The notes under the pieces were generated by a model. It made no database searches. It saw only the letters and a program-made list of their open reading frames with translations, and was not told the origin of the DNA. From NCBI GenBank assembly GCA_965368975.1, contig CBDUPA010000009.1:160001-224000 (forward strand): DNA of 64,000 nt. Reading direction: 5' to 3'. This document shows, piece by piece, positions 48,845 through 60,289 of the stretch (positions are counted from its first letter, which is position 1; each line of letters opens with the position of its first letter). Origin of the DNA: an uncultured bacterium. GTDB lineage: Bacteria; Acidobacteriota; Thermoanaerobaculia; Multivoradales; JAHZIX01. The position numbers and the translations under genes were made by a program.

Positions 48845-51376
48845 TCAGTTCACGCTATCGACGTCATCTATCTCTGTCGTTGCAGCTGCGTCGTCGCCGT
48901 CCTCGGCTTCGTCGTAGCCGTCCTCGGGCTCGTCTTGCTCGTCCAGGCGAGCCATCGACACGAGCACATCGTCGCCCTCGACATCCATGATCTTGACGCC
49001 CTGAGTGGCACGGCCGATGACTCTCACGCTGACGACACTGATGCGAATGATCTTGCCCTCACGGGTGATCAGGATCATGCCGTGCTCGTCGGTCACCTGG
49101 CGGGCACCAATCACCTCGCCGGTCTTGTCGCTGACCTTGAGGTTGATCAGACCGAGACCGCCGCGGCCCTGGATGCGGTACTCGGCCAGCGGCGTGCGCT
49201 TGCCGTAGCCCTTCTCACTCACCGTCAGGATCGAGGCTTCGCTGCGCAGGACTTCCATCGAGACAACTCGATCGCCATCGCGCAGGTTGATGCCGCGCAC
49301 ACCGCGAGTGTTGCGGCCCGTCGGCCGGACGTCCGTTTCTTCAAAGCGAATGGCGAAGCCGTGCGCGGTCGCCAGGAACGCCTGTTGCTCGGGCTCCACG
49401 ACCTCGACGCTGAGCAGGCGGTCGCCTTCCACCAGATCGATCGCGATGATGCCACCGCTACGCGGGTTGCCGTAGGCGGCCAGCGAGGTCTTCTTGACCA
49501 GACCCTGCTCGGTGGCAAACAGCAAGTAGCGCAGCTCGTCGAAGTTGCGCACGGCAACGGTGGTGGCAATCTCGTCGCTGGTTTCCATTTCCAGCAGATT
49601 GACGATCGCTTTGCCCTTCGATGCCGGACTCAGTTCGGGGATCTCCCACACCTTGAGCCAGTGCACACGGCCACTCTGCGTAAACACCAGGATATAGCTG
49701 TGCGCCGAGGCGACGTAGAGATGCTCGACGAAGTCGTCGTCGCGCATCACCATACCGGTACGGCCCTTGCCGCCGCGGTGCTGAGCTCGGTAGAGAGCCA
49801 GCGGTGAGCGCTTGATGTAGCCGCTGCGCGTCACCGTGATCACCATATCCTCGTCGGCGATCATGTCTTCAACATTGATGTCGCCAATCTCGGGCTCGAT
49901 GCCCGTGCGCCGTTCGTCGGCATAGGCTTCGCGAATCTGGTGCAGTTCCTGGCGGATCTCTTCGAGCAGCAAGTCGTCGGAGGCGAGGATAGCGCGTAGG
50001 CGCTCGATCAGCGCCATCACCTCGCGGTACTCCTCGATCACCTTCTCGCGCTCGAGGCCGGTGAGCTTCTGCAGCCGCATGTCGAGGATCGCCTGCGCCT
50101 GCACTTCGCTGAGAGCAAAGCCGCTCATCAGGCGTTCGCGTGCTTCCTGCGGTGTGCGGCTGGCACGGATGGTGGCGATGATCGCGTCGAGTTCGTCGAG
50201 CGCCTTGAGGATACCCTCGAGGATGTGCGCTCGTTGCTCGGCCTTGCGCAGGTCGTAGCGGGTACGGCGGATCACCACCGAGCGGCGGTGGTTCAGGAAG
50301 TGACCCAGGATTTCCTTCAGCGTCATCAAGCGCGGCTGATTGTCGACGATCGCCAGCAGGTTCATTCCGAACGACGTCTGCAGCTGCGTCAGCTTGAACA
50401 GCGTGTTGAGGATCACTTCCGGTACCACGCCCTTGCGCAGCTCGATCACCATGCGAATCCCGTTGCGGTCGCTCTCGTCGCGCAAGTCGGTGATGCCGTC
50501 GATGCGCTTTTCGCGCACCAGCTCGGCCATCTTCTCGAGCAATCTCGCCTTGTTCACCTGGTAGGGGAGCTGGTGCACAAGGATCACCGCTTTATCGGTC
50601 TTCGGGTTGACCTTGATGCTCGCCCGCGCCCGCACCTTGATGGTGCCGCGACCCGTCGTGTAGGCGGAATGGATCCCTGCCATGCCGTGGATCACGCCGG
50701 CAGTAGGGAAGTCCGGTCCGGGGATGATCTCCATCAATTCCTGAATGGTCGCGTCCGGCCGCTCGATCAGTAGCAGCACGGCGTCGATGACTTCACCCAG
50801 ATTGTGCGGCGGAATGTTGGTCGCCATGCCCACCGCGATACCGGTCGAACCGTTGACCAGCAAGTTCGGCACGCGTGCCGGCAGCACCTGCGGTTCCATC
50901 TCGGAACCGTCGTAGTTGGGCACCCAATCGACGGTCTCTTTGTCGATGTCCTCGCGCAGCATCTCCTCGGCCAGGCGCGTCAGTCGCACCTCCGTGTAGC
51001 GCATCGCCGCTGGGTTGTCGCCGTCGAGCGAACCGAAGTTGCCCTGGCCATCGACCAGCGGATAGCGCATGGAGAAATCTTGCGCCAAGCGCACCACGGT
51101 GTCGTAGATCGCCGAGTCACCGTGCGGGTGATATTTGCCCATCACATCACCGACGATGCGCGCCGACTTTTTGTAGGCGCGGTTCGACAGATTGCCGCTC
51201 TCCCACATGCCGTAGAGCACGCGCCGGTGCACCGGCTTGAGCCCGTCGCGCACGTCGGGAAGCGCACGGCCGATGATCACGCTCATGGCGTAATCGATAT
51301 AACTGCGCTTCATTTCCTCTTCGATGTCGACCGGAATCGGCATCTCGGAGAAGACTGTCTCGTCTTGATCGCTCAT
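48845..51376 (-). CDS. gyrA: DNA gyrase subunit A
   Basis: [25 protein letters not shown] (catalytic Tyr), GyrA-box QHRGGKG, acidic tail. Confidence 0.98.
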   Translation of the reverse strand: MSDQDETVFSEMPIPVDIEEEMKRSYIDYAMSVIIGRALPDVRDGLKPVHRRVLYGMWESGNLSNRAYKKSARIVGDVMGKYHPHGDSAIYDTVVRLAQDFSMRYPLVDGQGNFGSLDGDNPAAMRYTEVRLTRLAEEMLREDIDKETVDWVPNYDGSEMEPQVLPARVPNLLVNGSTGIAVGMATNIPPHNLGEVIDAVLLLIERPDATIQELMEIIPGPDFPTAGVIHGMAGIHSAYTTGRGTIKVRARASIKVNPKTDKAVILVHQLPYQVNKARLLEKMAELVREKRIDGITDLRDESDRNGIRMVIELRKGVVPEVILNTLFKLTQLQTSFGMNLLAIVDNQPRLMTLKEILGHFLNHRRSVVIRRTRYDLRKAEQRAHILEGILKALDELDAIIATIRASRTPQEARERLMSGFALSEVQAQAILDMRLQKLTGLEREKVIEEYREVMALIERLRAILASDDLLLEEIRQELHQIREAYADERRTGIEPEIGDINVEDMIADEDMVITVTRSGYIKRSPLALYRAQHRGGKGRTGMVMRDDDFVEHLYVASAHSYILVFTQSGRVHWLKVWEIPELSPASKGKAIVNLLEMETSDEIATTVAVRNFDELRYLLFATEQGLVKKTSLAAYGNPRSGGIIAIDLVEGDRLLSVEVVEPEQQAFLATAHGFAIRFEETDVRPTGRNTRGVRGINLRDGDRVVSMEVLRSEASILTVSEKGYGKRTPLAEYRIQGRGGLGLINLKVSDKTGEVIGARQVTDEHGMILITREGKIIRISVVSVRVIGRATQGVKIMDVEGDDVLVSMARLDEQDEPEDGYDEAEDGDDAAATTEIDDVDSVN

Positions 51377-51407
51377 GTAGGGTGCTTGAGAGAGAGAAGG
51401 CTAGCCG

Positions 51408-54023
<2,616 letters not shown>

Positions 54024-54102
54024 TTACAGCGCTTCGTTACGCGTCGTGATGACGGCCTTGATGACCGGCTGACAACCCCCGAATTGTAACACATTCGTGC
54101 AC

Positions 54103-55332
54103 TTAGGCGGCCTGCAGTCGGCCTCCTTGCAGCCGCCAGCGAGCCTGCACGGCGACGCCCTCCCAGACCTCGGGGCGGTTGGAGCTGGCCAGCAGCTGCG
54201 GTACCCGCTCGAAGGCCGGCCAGAGGGCGCGCAGCGTCGCGGCGGAGAGTTCCGTATCCGCATCGTCGAGCAAGACCAGCGGTGGCCGTCCAGCCTGGCT
54301 CAGCACGCGCCCGTGGGCGGCCAAGACGGCGAGGCCGACAGCCTTGCGCTCCCCGGCCGAAGCCGTCCTCTTGAGTTCCTGCGGTGCCACCTCGCCACCA
54401 CCCCACAACACCGCCAGGTCGTCGCGCTGCGGTCCCAGTAGAGGTACCCGGCGCTGGCGCTCGCGCGCCTCGATCCGCCGCAATCGCTCCAGCAGCTCCC
54501 CGGCGTCGCCGCTGCCCTCGCGCGGTGAAGGCCTGTACTGCAACCGCACCGTCGGCAACTGCAGCGTGGTATCCGCAAAGACCCCCTCCAAGGAACTCGC
54601 GAGCCGCTCCACGAAGTGCCCACGCAACCGCACCAGTTCGGCACCGGCGGTGGCCAATACCTGGTTCCAGGAATCCAACTCCGAGGCACCCCGCTGCAAG
54701 GCCTCACGCTTCTGTTGAAGCGCCCGGCGGAAGCGCGACAATACAGCGATGGCGGACGGCTGTAGCCCCACGACACCGCGGTCGAGCAACCGGCGCCGCA
54801 AGCCAGGAACACCGGTCAACAACTCGGCATCTTCGCGTGTCCAGGCGACCACGGGCAGAACCGAGAGGTACTCGATCAACGGCACGGTCTTGCCGTTGAC
54901 CCAGCGCTGCAGGCCGGGCTTGAGCACCGACACATCCCCCGTTGCCGGCGGCGTCGAGAAGTGGCTCTTCGAAGCTGCGTGCCCCCACGTCATGGAAAGC
55001 ATCGCCCGACGCTCGCCCTCGACCTCGCCGCGCAGCAGGAAGCCCGCACTGCCGTGACGCGGACAATCTGCCAGCTGGCCGGTGCGCAGGCTACGGCCCG
55101 TAGCCAGGACGTAGACCGCTTCCAACAAGCTGGTCTTGCCGGCACCGTTGTCGCCCAGGATCAGCTGGCAGCCATCAGCAGGCTGCCAGTCCAGCGGCTC
55201 GAGGTTACGAAAGTCCCGTGCCCGCAGCCGCGCCAGTCGCAGTGTAGGTCGAACTGGCGGTCGCGCTGGCGATGGAACCGAGCCGAGCTCGGTGTTCGCG
55301 GGCGTCTCCGAAGTCCGTGACGGGGACTTCAG
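54103..55332 (-). CDS. recF: DNA replication and repair protein RecF (start codon uncertain)
   Basis: FRNL, GDNGAGKTSLLEA, GPQRDDL, SAGE, LLDD; located between dnaN and gyrB. Confidence 0.9.
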   Translation of the reverse strand: MKSPSRTSETPANTELGSVPSPARPPVRPTLRLARLRARDFRNLEPLDWQPADGCQLILGDNGAGKTSLLEAVYVLATGRSLRTGQLADCPRHGSAGFLLRGEVEGERRAMLSMTWGHAASKSHFSTPPATGDVSVLKPGLQRWVNGKTVPLIEYLSVLPVVAWTREDAELLTGVPGLRRRLLDRGVVGLQPSAIAVLSRFRRALQQKREALQRGASELDSWNQVLATAGAELVRLRGHFVERLASSLEGVFADTTLQLPTVRLQYRPSPREGSGDAGELLERLRRIEARERQRRVPLLGPQRDDLAVLWGGGEVAPQELKRTASAGERKAVGLAVLAAHGRVLSQAGRPPLVLLDDADTELSAATLRALWPAFERVPQLLASSNRPEVWEGVAVQARWRLQGGRLQAA

Positions 55333-56423
55333 ATGCGCATCGGCATGATCACGCACAGGTAGCGCTTGTCCTGGCCGTCGACGGGGAAGCCGACGCACTG
55401 GCTGTCCTCGTCCTTCAGCTCGAGACGGACCTGCTCGGTCTCCAAAGCGCTCAGGAACTGGCTCAGGTAGTCCGGGTTGACGCCGATCTGGAAGGTCTCT
55501 TCGTCGTAGTCGCACGGGATCGACTCGACCGCTTCGCCGAGATCCGGATTGGCGGCGGAAATCACCAGCTGCTGCGGCTCGATCTGCATGCGTACGCCCC
55601 GGGCCCGGTCACCGGTCAGCAGCGCGACGCGCTGCACCGCTTCGTGCAAGTGCTTGCAGTCGAACACCAGCTTCTTGTCGTTGTCGCGCGCGATCACCCG
55701 TTCGTAATCCGGGAAAGTGCCTTCGAGGATGCGGCAAATCAGCTCGCGGCGGCCGAGACGGAAGCTCAGGTGGTGCTCACTGCGCCGGTAGTGCACCTCG
55801 CCTTGACCATCGAAGCGCTGCAGTTCCTGCAGTGCTTTGCGTGGCACCAGAACCGCATCGTCTTCGATACCGCCTTCGAGCTCGTTCTCCACCACCGCCA
55901 GGCGATGGCCGTCAGTGGCGACCAACTCGAACGAGCCCGTCTTGAGCTTCAGCAACGCACCGTTGAGTTGGAAGCGAGACTCGTCCGCTGAGACCGCAAA
56001 CAGCACCTTGGCAATCATTGCCCGCAAATGGGCGAACGGAATGTCCACCGCGCCATCGGTCTCGACATCGGGCAACGTCGGGAAATCTTCGGACGGTAGA
56101 CCGTGGATCTTGAAGCGGCTCGAACCCGCCTTGATCGTCAAGTCGCGATCCCCTAGCTGCAGATGCACCTCGTCGCCGACCAGCGAACGGATGATCTCCA
56201 TGAACTTGCGAGCCTGCACCGCGATGCCGCCTTCCTGCGCGACCTCGGCTTGGCACCAAGAGGTGAGCGAGACGTCCAGGTCGGTGGCAGCCAGGTGCAG
56301 TCGATCCTCGCGTGCTGTCAGCAGCAGGTGTGAAAGCACCGGGATCGTACTCTTGCGCTCCACGATGCCCTGCATGGGGGCCAGCTCGGTGAGGAATTCG
56401 GCGCGGTTGACTCGGATCTCCAT
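55329..56423 (-). CDS. dnaN: DNA polymerase III beta sliding clamp
   Basis: TIPVLS, ATDLD, ATDGHRLA, GTFPDYERVI, C-terminal IMPMRI. Confidence 0.97.
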   Translation of the reverse strand: MEIRVNRAEFLTELAPMQGIVERKSTIPVLSHLLLTAREDRLHLAATDLDVSLTSWCQAEVAQEGGIAVQARKFMEIIRSLVGDEVHLQLGDRDLTIKAGSSRFKIHGLPSEDFPTLPDVETDGAVDIPFAHLRAMIAKVLFAVSADESRFQLNGALLKLKTGSFELVATDGHRLAVVENELEGGIEDDAVLVPRKALQELQRFDGQGEVHYRRSEHHLSFRLGRRELICRILEGTFPDYERVIARDNDKKLVFDCKHLHEAVQRVALLTGDRARGVRMQIEPQQLVISAANPDLGEAVESIPCDYDEETFQIGVNPDYLSQFLSALETEQVRLELKDEDSQCVGFPVDGQDKRYLCVIMPMRI

Positions 56424-56450
56424 GGTCTCCTCTTAATTCTCCAGATAGGT

Positions 56451-56700
56451 GGAAATATATATCACAGGAGTAGTCGTAGTAAGGCCTGTGGAAGTGTGGA
56501 TAAGTGGCATAAACCACTGCTAGGTATGTGTTTAGAGGATCCGCAGACAACAGGACTTCGCCTGTGGAAGGACTGTGCTTCGAAGGTGGAAGACGGACAA
56601 TCAGCGGCGGAGAGTGAGATCTCCGCAGCACGGGGCACAACTTGTGGAGGGGGTTTTCAGGACCTTTTCCACAGAGCTAGTCCACAGGGCTGAGTCCACA
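56451..56700. promoter_or_regulatory. oriC, unwinding half (dnaA-dnaN intergenic region): DnaA boxes, GGCC, DnaA-trios and AT-rich patch
   Basis: Perfect box TGTGGATAA at 56495-56503 with adjacent TGTGGAAG at 56487; GGCC 56483-56486; GAG TAG TCG TAG TAA 56468-56482; AAATATATAT near 56453; further TCCACA boxes at 56665, 56678, 56692 and TGTGGA at 56563, 56643. Confidence 0.9.
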
Positions 56701-56764
56701 GGATTGTGTCCAGAGGGTCGACCTTCCTCTGGCAAAGGACTCACAGACCCATCTGGAGATGGGG

Positions 56765-58435
56765 CTAGACCGAGAAATGCTCTTGGATGCTCTGCAGGGT
56801 GTTGGCCAAATCGCCGTCGTCGGTGCGCAGCTTCTCGATGTCCTTGACCGCGGAGATGACGGTGGAGTGATGCTTGTCGTTGAACAGGCGGCCAATCTCA
56901 GGGTAGGAGAGGTCGGTGAGGCTGCGCAGCAGGAACATCGCTACCTTGCGAGGGAAGACGATCTGGCGCGAGTTTGTGCGGCTCTTGATCTCACTCACCT
57001 TGAGGCCATAGTGGCGCGCCACCGCCTTGATGATCTCGGCAGCGTTGGTACGGCTGTCCTGATTGGGCAGGATGTCTTTGAGCGTTTCCTTGGCCAGGTC
57101 GACCGACAGAGGGCGTGCGGTGAGCGAGGCGAAGGCCATGACGCGTGTCAGCAGGCCTTCGAGTTCGCGGATGTTGGAGCGTACCTGGCGTGCGATGAAG
57201 AGTGCGACTTCATCAGGCAAGTCGATGGCTTCGAGATCTGCCTTACGGCGTAGGATTGCGACCTTGGTTTCGAGATCCGGAGGTTGGATATCGGTGATCA
57301 GGCCCCACTCGAAGCGGCTGCGTAGGCGTTCTTCCAGCATGGGGATCTTGCGCGGCGAAGAATCGGACGAGAGGATGATCTGCTTCTGGTTGGTGTAGAG
57401 GGTGTTGAAAGTGTGGAAGAACTCTTCCTGGGTCCGCTCCTTGTTGCTGATGAACTGGATGTCGTCGATCAGCAGAACGTCGATGTTCCGGTAGCGGTCG
57501 CGGAAATCGGGCATGCGGTCGAAGCGGATCGAGTTGATCAACTCGTTGACGAAGTGCTCGGCGGGTAGGTAGCTGACACGCACGCCCGGATCTTTGCGTA
57601 GGATCTCGTGGCAGATGGCGTGCAGCAAATGGGTCTTGCCGAGGCCGACACCGCCATAGAGGAACAGTGGGTTGTAACTCTGGCCCGGTGCATCGGCCAC
57701 CGCCAGCGCGGCAGCATTGGCGAACTGGTTGGAGTTGCCGACGACGAAGGTGTCGAAGGTGTACTTCTGGTTCAGTGGCAAGGCGCGAGTGATCTGGTCG
57801 TGACCGCGGCCGCTGTTGCCGTGCACGGGGCCCTGTGCACCGTCCAAAGGGGCTGTTGATTTCACCTTTGTCGACCGTGCATCTGCCAGCATCTCACTTC
57901 GTCGGGTATCGCTGTCTTGTCGGCTCATCGTTCGCGTTGGCTCGAGGGTATCTATAGCTGCTGACAAGGGTAGCGGCAATTGGTTCTTTTTTCGAGATGC
58001 TGGCACCAGAGATGGCCGCGTAGCCGGCGGCTCTGGGGCTGCCGGCCGTTCGTTCGGTGTCGGTAGCGTGATCCGCCGGGCGGCACTGCGGGCAGAATCG
58101 ACGACTTGCAGAGCGGTTGGCTGTCTTGGAGCAGCTAGCTGTCTTGGAGTCGGGCGGCCCGCCTTGGTGGGCTCCTGCGTCTGCCGGGCCGGCACCGCGC
58201 CGGCGAGGGAGAAGAGCACTCGGTAGTGAGGACCTTCGAGCGCTGCTACCACGGCGTCGACGGTGCGCCGGTAGCCTTCCTCGAGAGCATGGAGGAAGCG
58301 CGCGTTGGGCACTGTCAGTACCAACTGCTCGCGGCTCTCGGAAACCACCTTCAAGGGGTGGAACCAACGAGCGAACTCTTCGGGCTCCAGGAGTTCCCGG
58401 AGCTGCTGCTGCAACTGCATCCAAGTCGTGGGCAT
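56765..58435 (-). CDS. dnaA: Chromosomal replication initiator DnaA
   Basis: Domain I F-x-x-WF; YTFDTFVVGNSN, YNPLFLYGGVGLGKTHLL, DDIQF, QEEFFHTFN, NIRELEG; domain IV HHSTVI. Confidence 0.98.
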   Translation of the reverse strand: MPTTWMQLQQQLRELLEPEEFARWFHPLKVVSESREQLVLTVPNARFLHALEEGYRRTVDAVVAALEGPHYRVLFSLAGAVPARQTQEPTKAGRPTPRQLAAPRQPTALQVVDSARSAARRITLPTPNERPAAPEPPATRPSLVPASRKKNQLPLPLSAAIDTLEPTRTMSRQDSDTRRSEMLADARSTKVKSTAPLDGAQGPVHGNSGRGHDQITRALPLNQKYTFDTFVVGNSNQFANAAALAVADAPGQSYNPLFLYGGVGLGKTHLLHAICHEILRKDPGVRVSYLPAEHFVNELINSIRFDRMPDFRDRYRNIDVLLIDDIQFISNKERTQEEFFHTFNTLYTNQKQIILSSDSSPRKIPMLEERLRSRFEWGLITDIQPPDLETKVAILRRKADLEAIDLPDEVALFIARQVRSNIRELEGLLTRVMAFASLTARPLSVDLAKETLKDILPNQDSRTNAAEIIKAVARHYGLKVSEIKSRTNSRQIVFPRKVAMFLLRSLTDLSYPEIGRLFNDKHHSTVISAVKDIEKLRTDDGDLANTLQSIQEHFSV

Positions 58436-58478
58436 CGTCGATCTGGTTCGCTTCTATCCGTAGCGTCAGTGCGTCGCC

Positions 58479-58567
58479 TGTGGAGTTTATTGTGGAAAAC
58501 CTGCGGTCTTCGTTCCAAAGGCACTCAAACAGCGTGAATCAACAAGTTTTCCACAGGCTGTGGAAAA
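58479..58567. promoter_or_regulatory. DnaA-box cluster upstream of dnaA (second oriC half / autoregulatory site)
   Basis: TGTGGAGTT 58479, TGTGGAAAA 58491, inverted pair TTTTCCACA 58547 / TGTGGAAAA 58559. Confidence 0.82.
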
Positions 58568-58671
58568 CCTTCTTGCGCTTTTGGAGCGAGTTTCGTCAGC
58601 TCCGGGAAACCCAAATACTACCATCGACGCCGGAACGTCACAACCGGTTCATCTTCTCTTCGCCGGCCCTC

Positions 58672-58700
58672 TTGAAGTAGGCACATGGTTTGCATATGAT
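58672..58700 (+). promoter_or_regulatory. Putative promoter: sigma70-type TTGAAG-N17-TATGAT overlapping a sigma54-type GGCAC-N5-TTGCA
   Basis: -35 at 58672-58677, 17-nt spacer, -10 at 58695-58700; GG(58680-81)-N10-GC(58692-93). Confidence 0.6.
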
Positions 58701-58908
58701 GCAGGCAACAAGCGGAAACAAACTCTGGGAGGTTCCGCCTACCGCCTGCATTGGCACACCTAGAAAAAGATCCTTAGAGATCCCTGCCATTGGACAGCTA
58801 GCCTTTTCCCCTGTACAGGGGTATATCCAAGACCAAGACCAACCATTTCTGGAACCTCCATTCTGCTTACTTCTTCGGCCGGCGCCTGACGCCGGCCGAA
58901 GTCGTTTC
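58699..58908 (+). ncRNA. Putative unannotated structured RNA
   Basis: Lower-GC segment with no credible ORF; three abutting stem-loops; promoter upstream and 12-bp hairpin downstream (see findings). Confidence 0.45.
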
Positions 58909-58909
58909 T
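58873..58909 (+). terminator. Putative intrinsic terminator
   Basis: CTTCGGCCGGCG-CCTGA-CGCCGGCCGAAG, a perfect 12-bp stem, followed by an imperfect U-tract TCGTTTCT. Confidence 0.6.
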
Positions 58910-59114
58910 GCCCTGCTCCCTGCGGCTCCAGATTGGACTTGCAGCTGACCGGGCTTGGTCCCAAGCCGACTTGTGCCAGACTCAGACACCGTGGGAGGCA
59001 GTAGCTGTCAGCCACTTTGGCGCAAGAAGCTGGCGTCAAGGTGCCAATCCGGCGTACGGAGCGACGTCACCCACGACGGGATCGCCGGCGCCTTGGACTT
59101 CTGGAAACGGACTC

Positions 59115-60260
59115 TTGGTAGATCAACTGACCGATGAATCTCAGGCCGGTGCTTCCCTCTCCCGCCTGCTTCTAACCTGGTTCGACCGCCACGCTCGCGA
59201 GCTGCCGTGGCGTGTGGCGCCCGAGCAAGGCCCTCCCGACCCGTATCGCGTGTGGATCTCCGAGGTGATGCTGCAACAGACGCGGGTCGAGACGGTCCTG
59301 CCCTACTACCAGCGCTTCACCGAGCGCTTTCCCGATGTCGAGGCACTGGCGAGGGCCGACATCGAGGAAGTACTGGCGCTGTGGTCGGGACTGGGCTATT
59401 ACCGACGGGCGCGGCAGATGCATGCTGCGGCACAGCTCCTGGTCGCAATGGCGCAGTTTCCGGCCGATGCACGAAGCCTGCAAGAGCTGCCAGGCATAGG
59501 TCCGTACACGGCTGCCGCGGTAGCGAGTATCGCCTTCGGCGAGGTTGTCCCAGTGCTCGACGGCAACGTCGAACGCGTGCTCAGCCGCCGTCTGGCCCTG
59601 GCTCACGAGATCAAGAGCAAGGCTGCCCGCGACGAGTTGTTGGCCGTGGCCCACGACCTGCTGGATCCAGAGCGACCAGGCGACAGCAACCAGGCGTTGA
59701 TGGAAATCGGTGCCACCATCTGCCTACCCCGGCGGCCACACTGCCTGCTGTGCCCTCTGGCGCCGGGGTGCCGGGGCCGCGGAGAGCCCGAACGCTATCC
59801 AGTCAAGAAGCCTCGGCGCGCGACACAGGTGGTCGTACGACTGGCGGCGCGAGTCGAGGCTGAAGGACGTGTGCTGCTCTACCGGCGACCCGACGACAGC
59901 GACGTTTTGGCAGGTACCTGGGAGGTCCCCTGGGTCGATCTGGCTGTTGCCGACCCGGCAGCTGAACCCACGGCCCCGGTACTCGAGGAAGCGGCACGGC
60001 AGCTGGCGCAGAAGTATGGCGGCCGTTGGCAACTCGTCCGCGCCCAGGGGCGCGTGCGCCACGCCATCACCTTCCGAGCCTTGACCGTCTGGCGCTACCA
60101 GGCGCTCCTGGCCCCGACGCCGAGGACAGTGAGGGACAACATCGCGGACGCAGATCTACCAGCGGCGGAGGATCTCGCAGCAGGCTGGTTCAGCCTGCAG
60201 GAACTGACAGCTCTACCGCTCTCGTCCCTCGTACGCAAGCTTCTGACGCCCATCATCTGA
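59115..60260 (+). CDS. mutY: A/G-specific adenine glycosylase
   Basis: RELPWR, WISEVMLQQT, WSGLGYYRRAR, HhH LPGIGPYTA, DGNVERV, Fe-S motif C-x6-C-x2-C-x5-C. Start (TTG 59115) uncertain. Confidence 0.95.
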   Translation: MVDQLTDESQAGASLSRLLLTWFDRHARELPWRVAPEQGPPDPYRVWISEVMLQQTRVETVLPYYQRFTERFPDVEALARADIEEVLALWSGLGYYRRARQMHAAAQLLVAMAQFPADARSLQELPGIGPYTAAAVASIAFGEVVPVLDGNVERVLSRRLALAHEIKSKAARDELLAVAHDLLDPERPGDSNQALMEIGATICLPRRPHCLLCPLAPGCRGRGEPERYPVKKPRRATQVVVRLAARVEAEGRVLLYRRPDDSDVLAGTWEVPWVDLAVADPAAEPTAPVLEEAARQLAQKYGGRWQLVRAQGRVRHAITFRALTVWRYQALLAPTPRTVRDNIADADLPAAEDLAAGWFSLQELTALPLSSLVRKLLTPII

Positions 60261-60289
60261 CCGGCAAGCTGCCCTTCGCGGCTGCAGGT

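Noticed and set aside
58638-59039. Small ORFs (133 aa minus, 104 aa plus) upstream of dnaA, or a hidden rpmH
   Set aside because: No GC3 bias, no RBS and no L34-like MKRT-x-QP sequence; the segment is better explained as non-coding.
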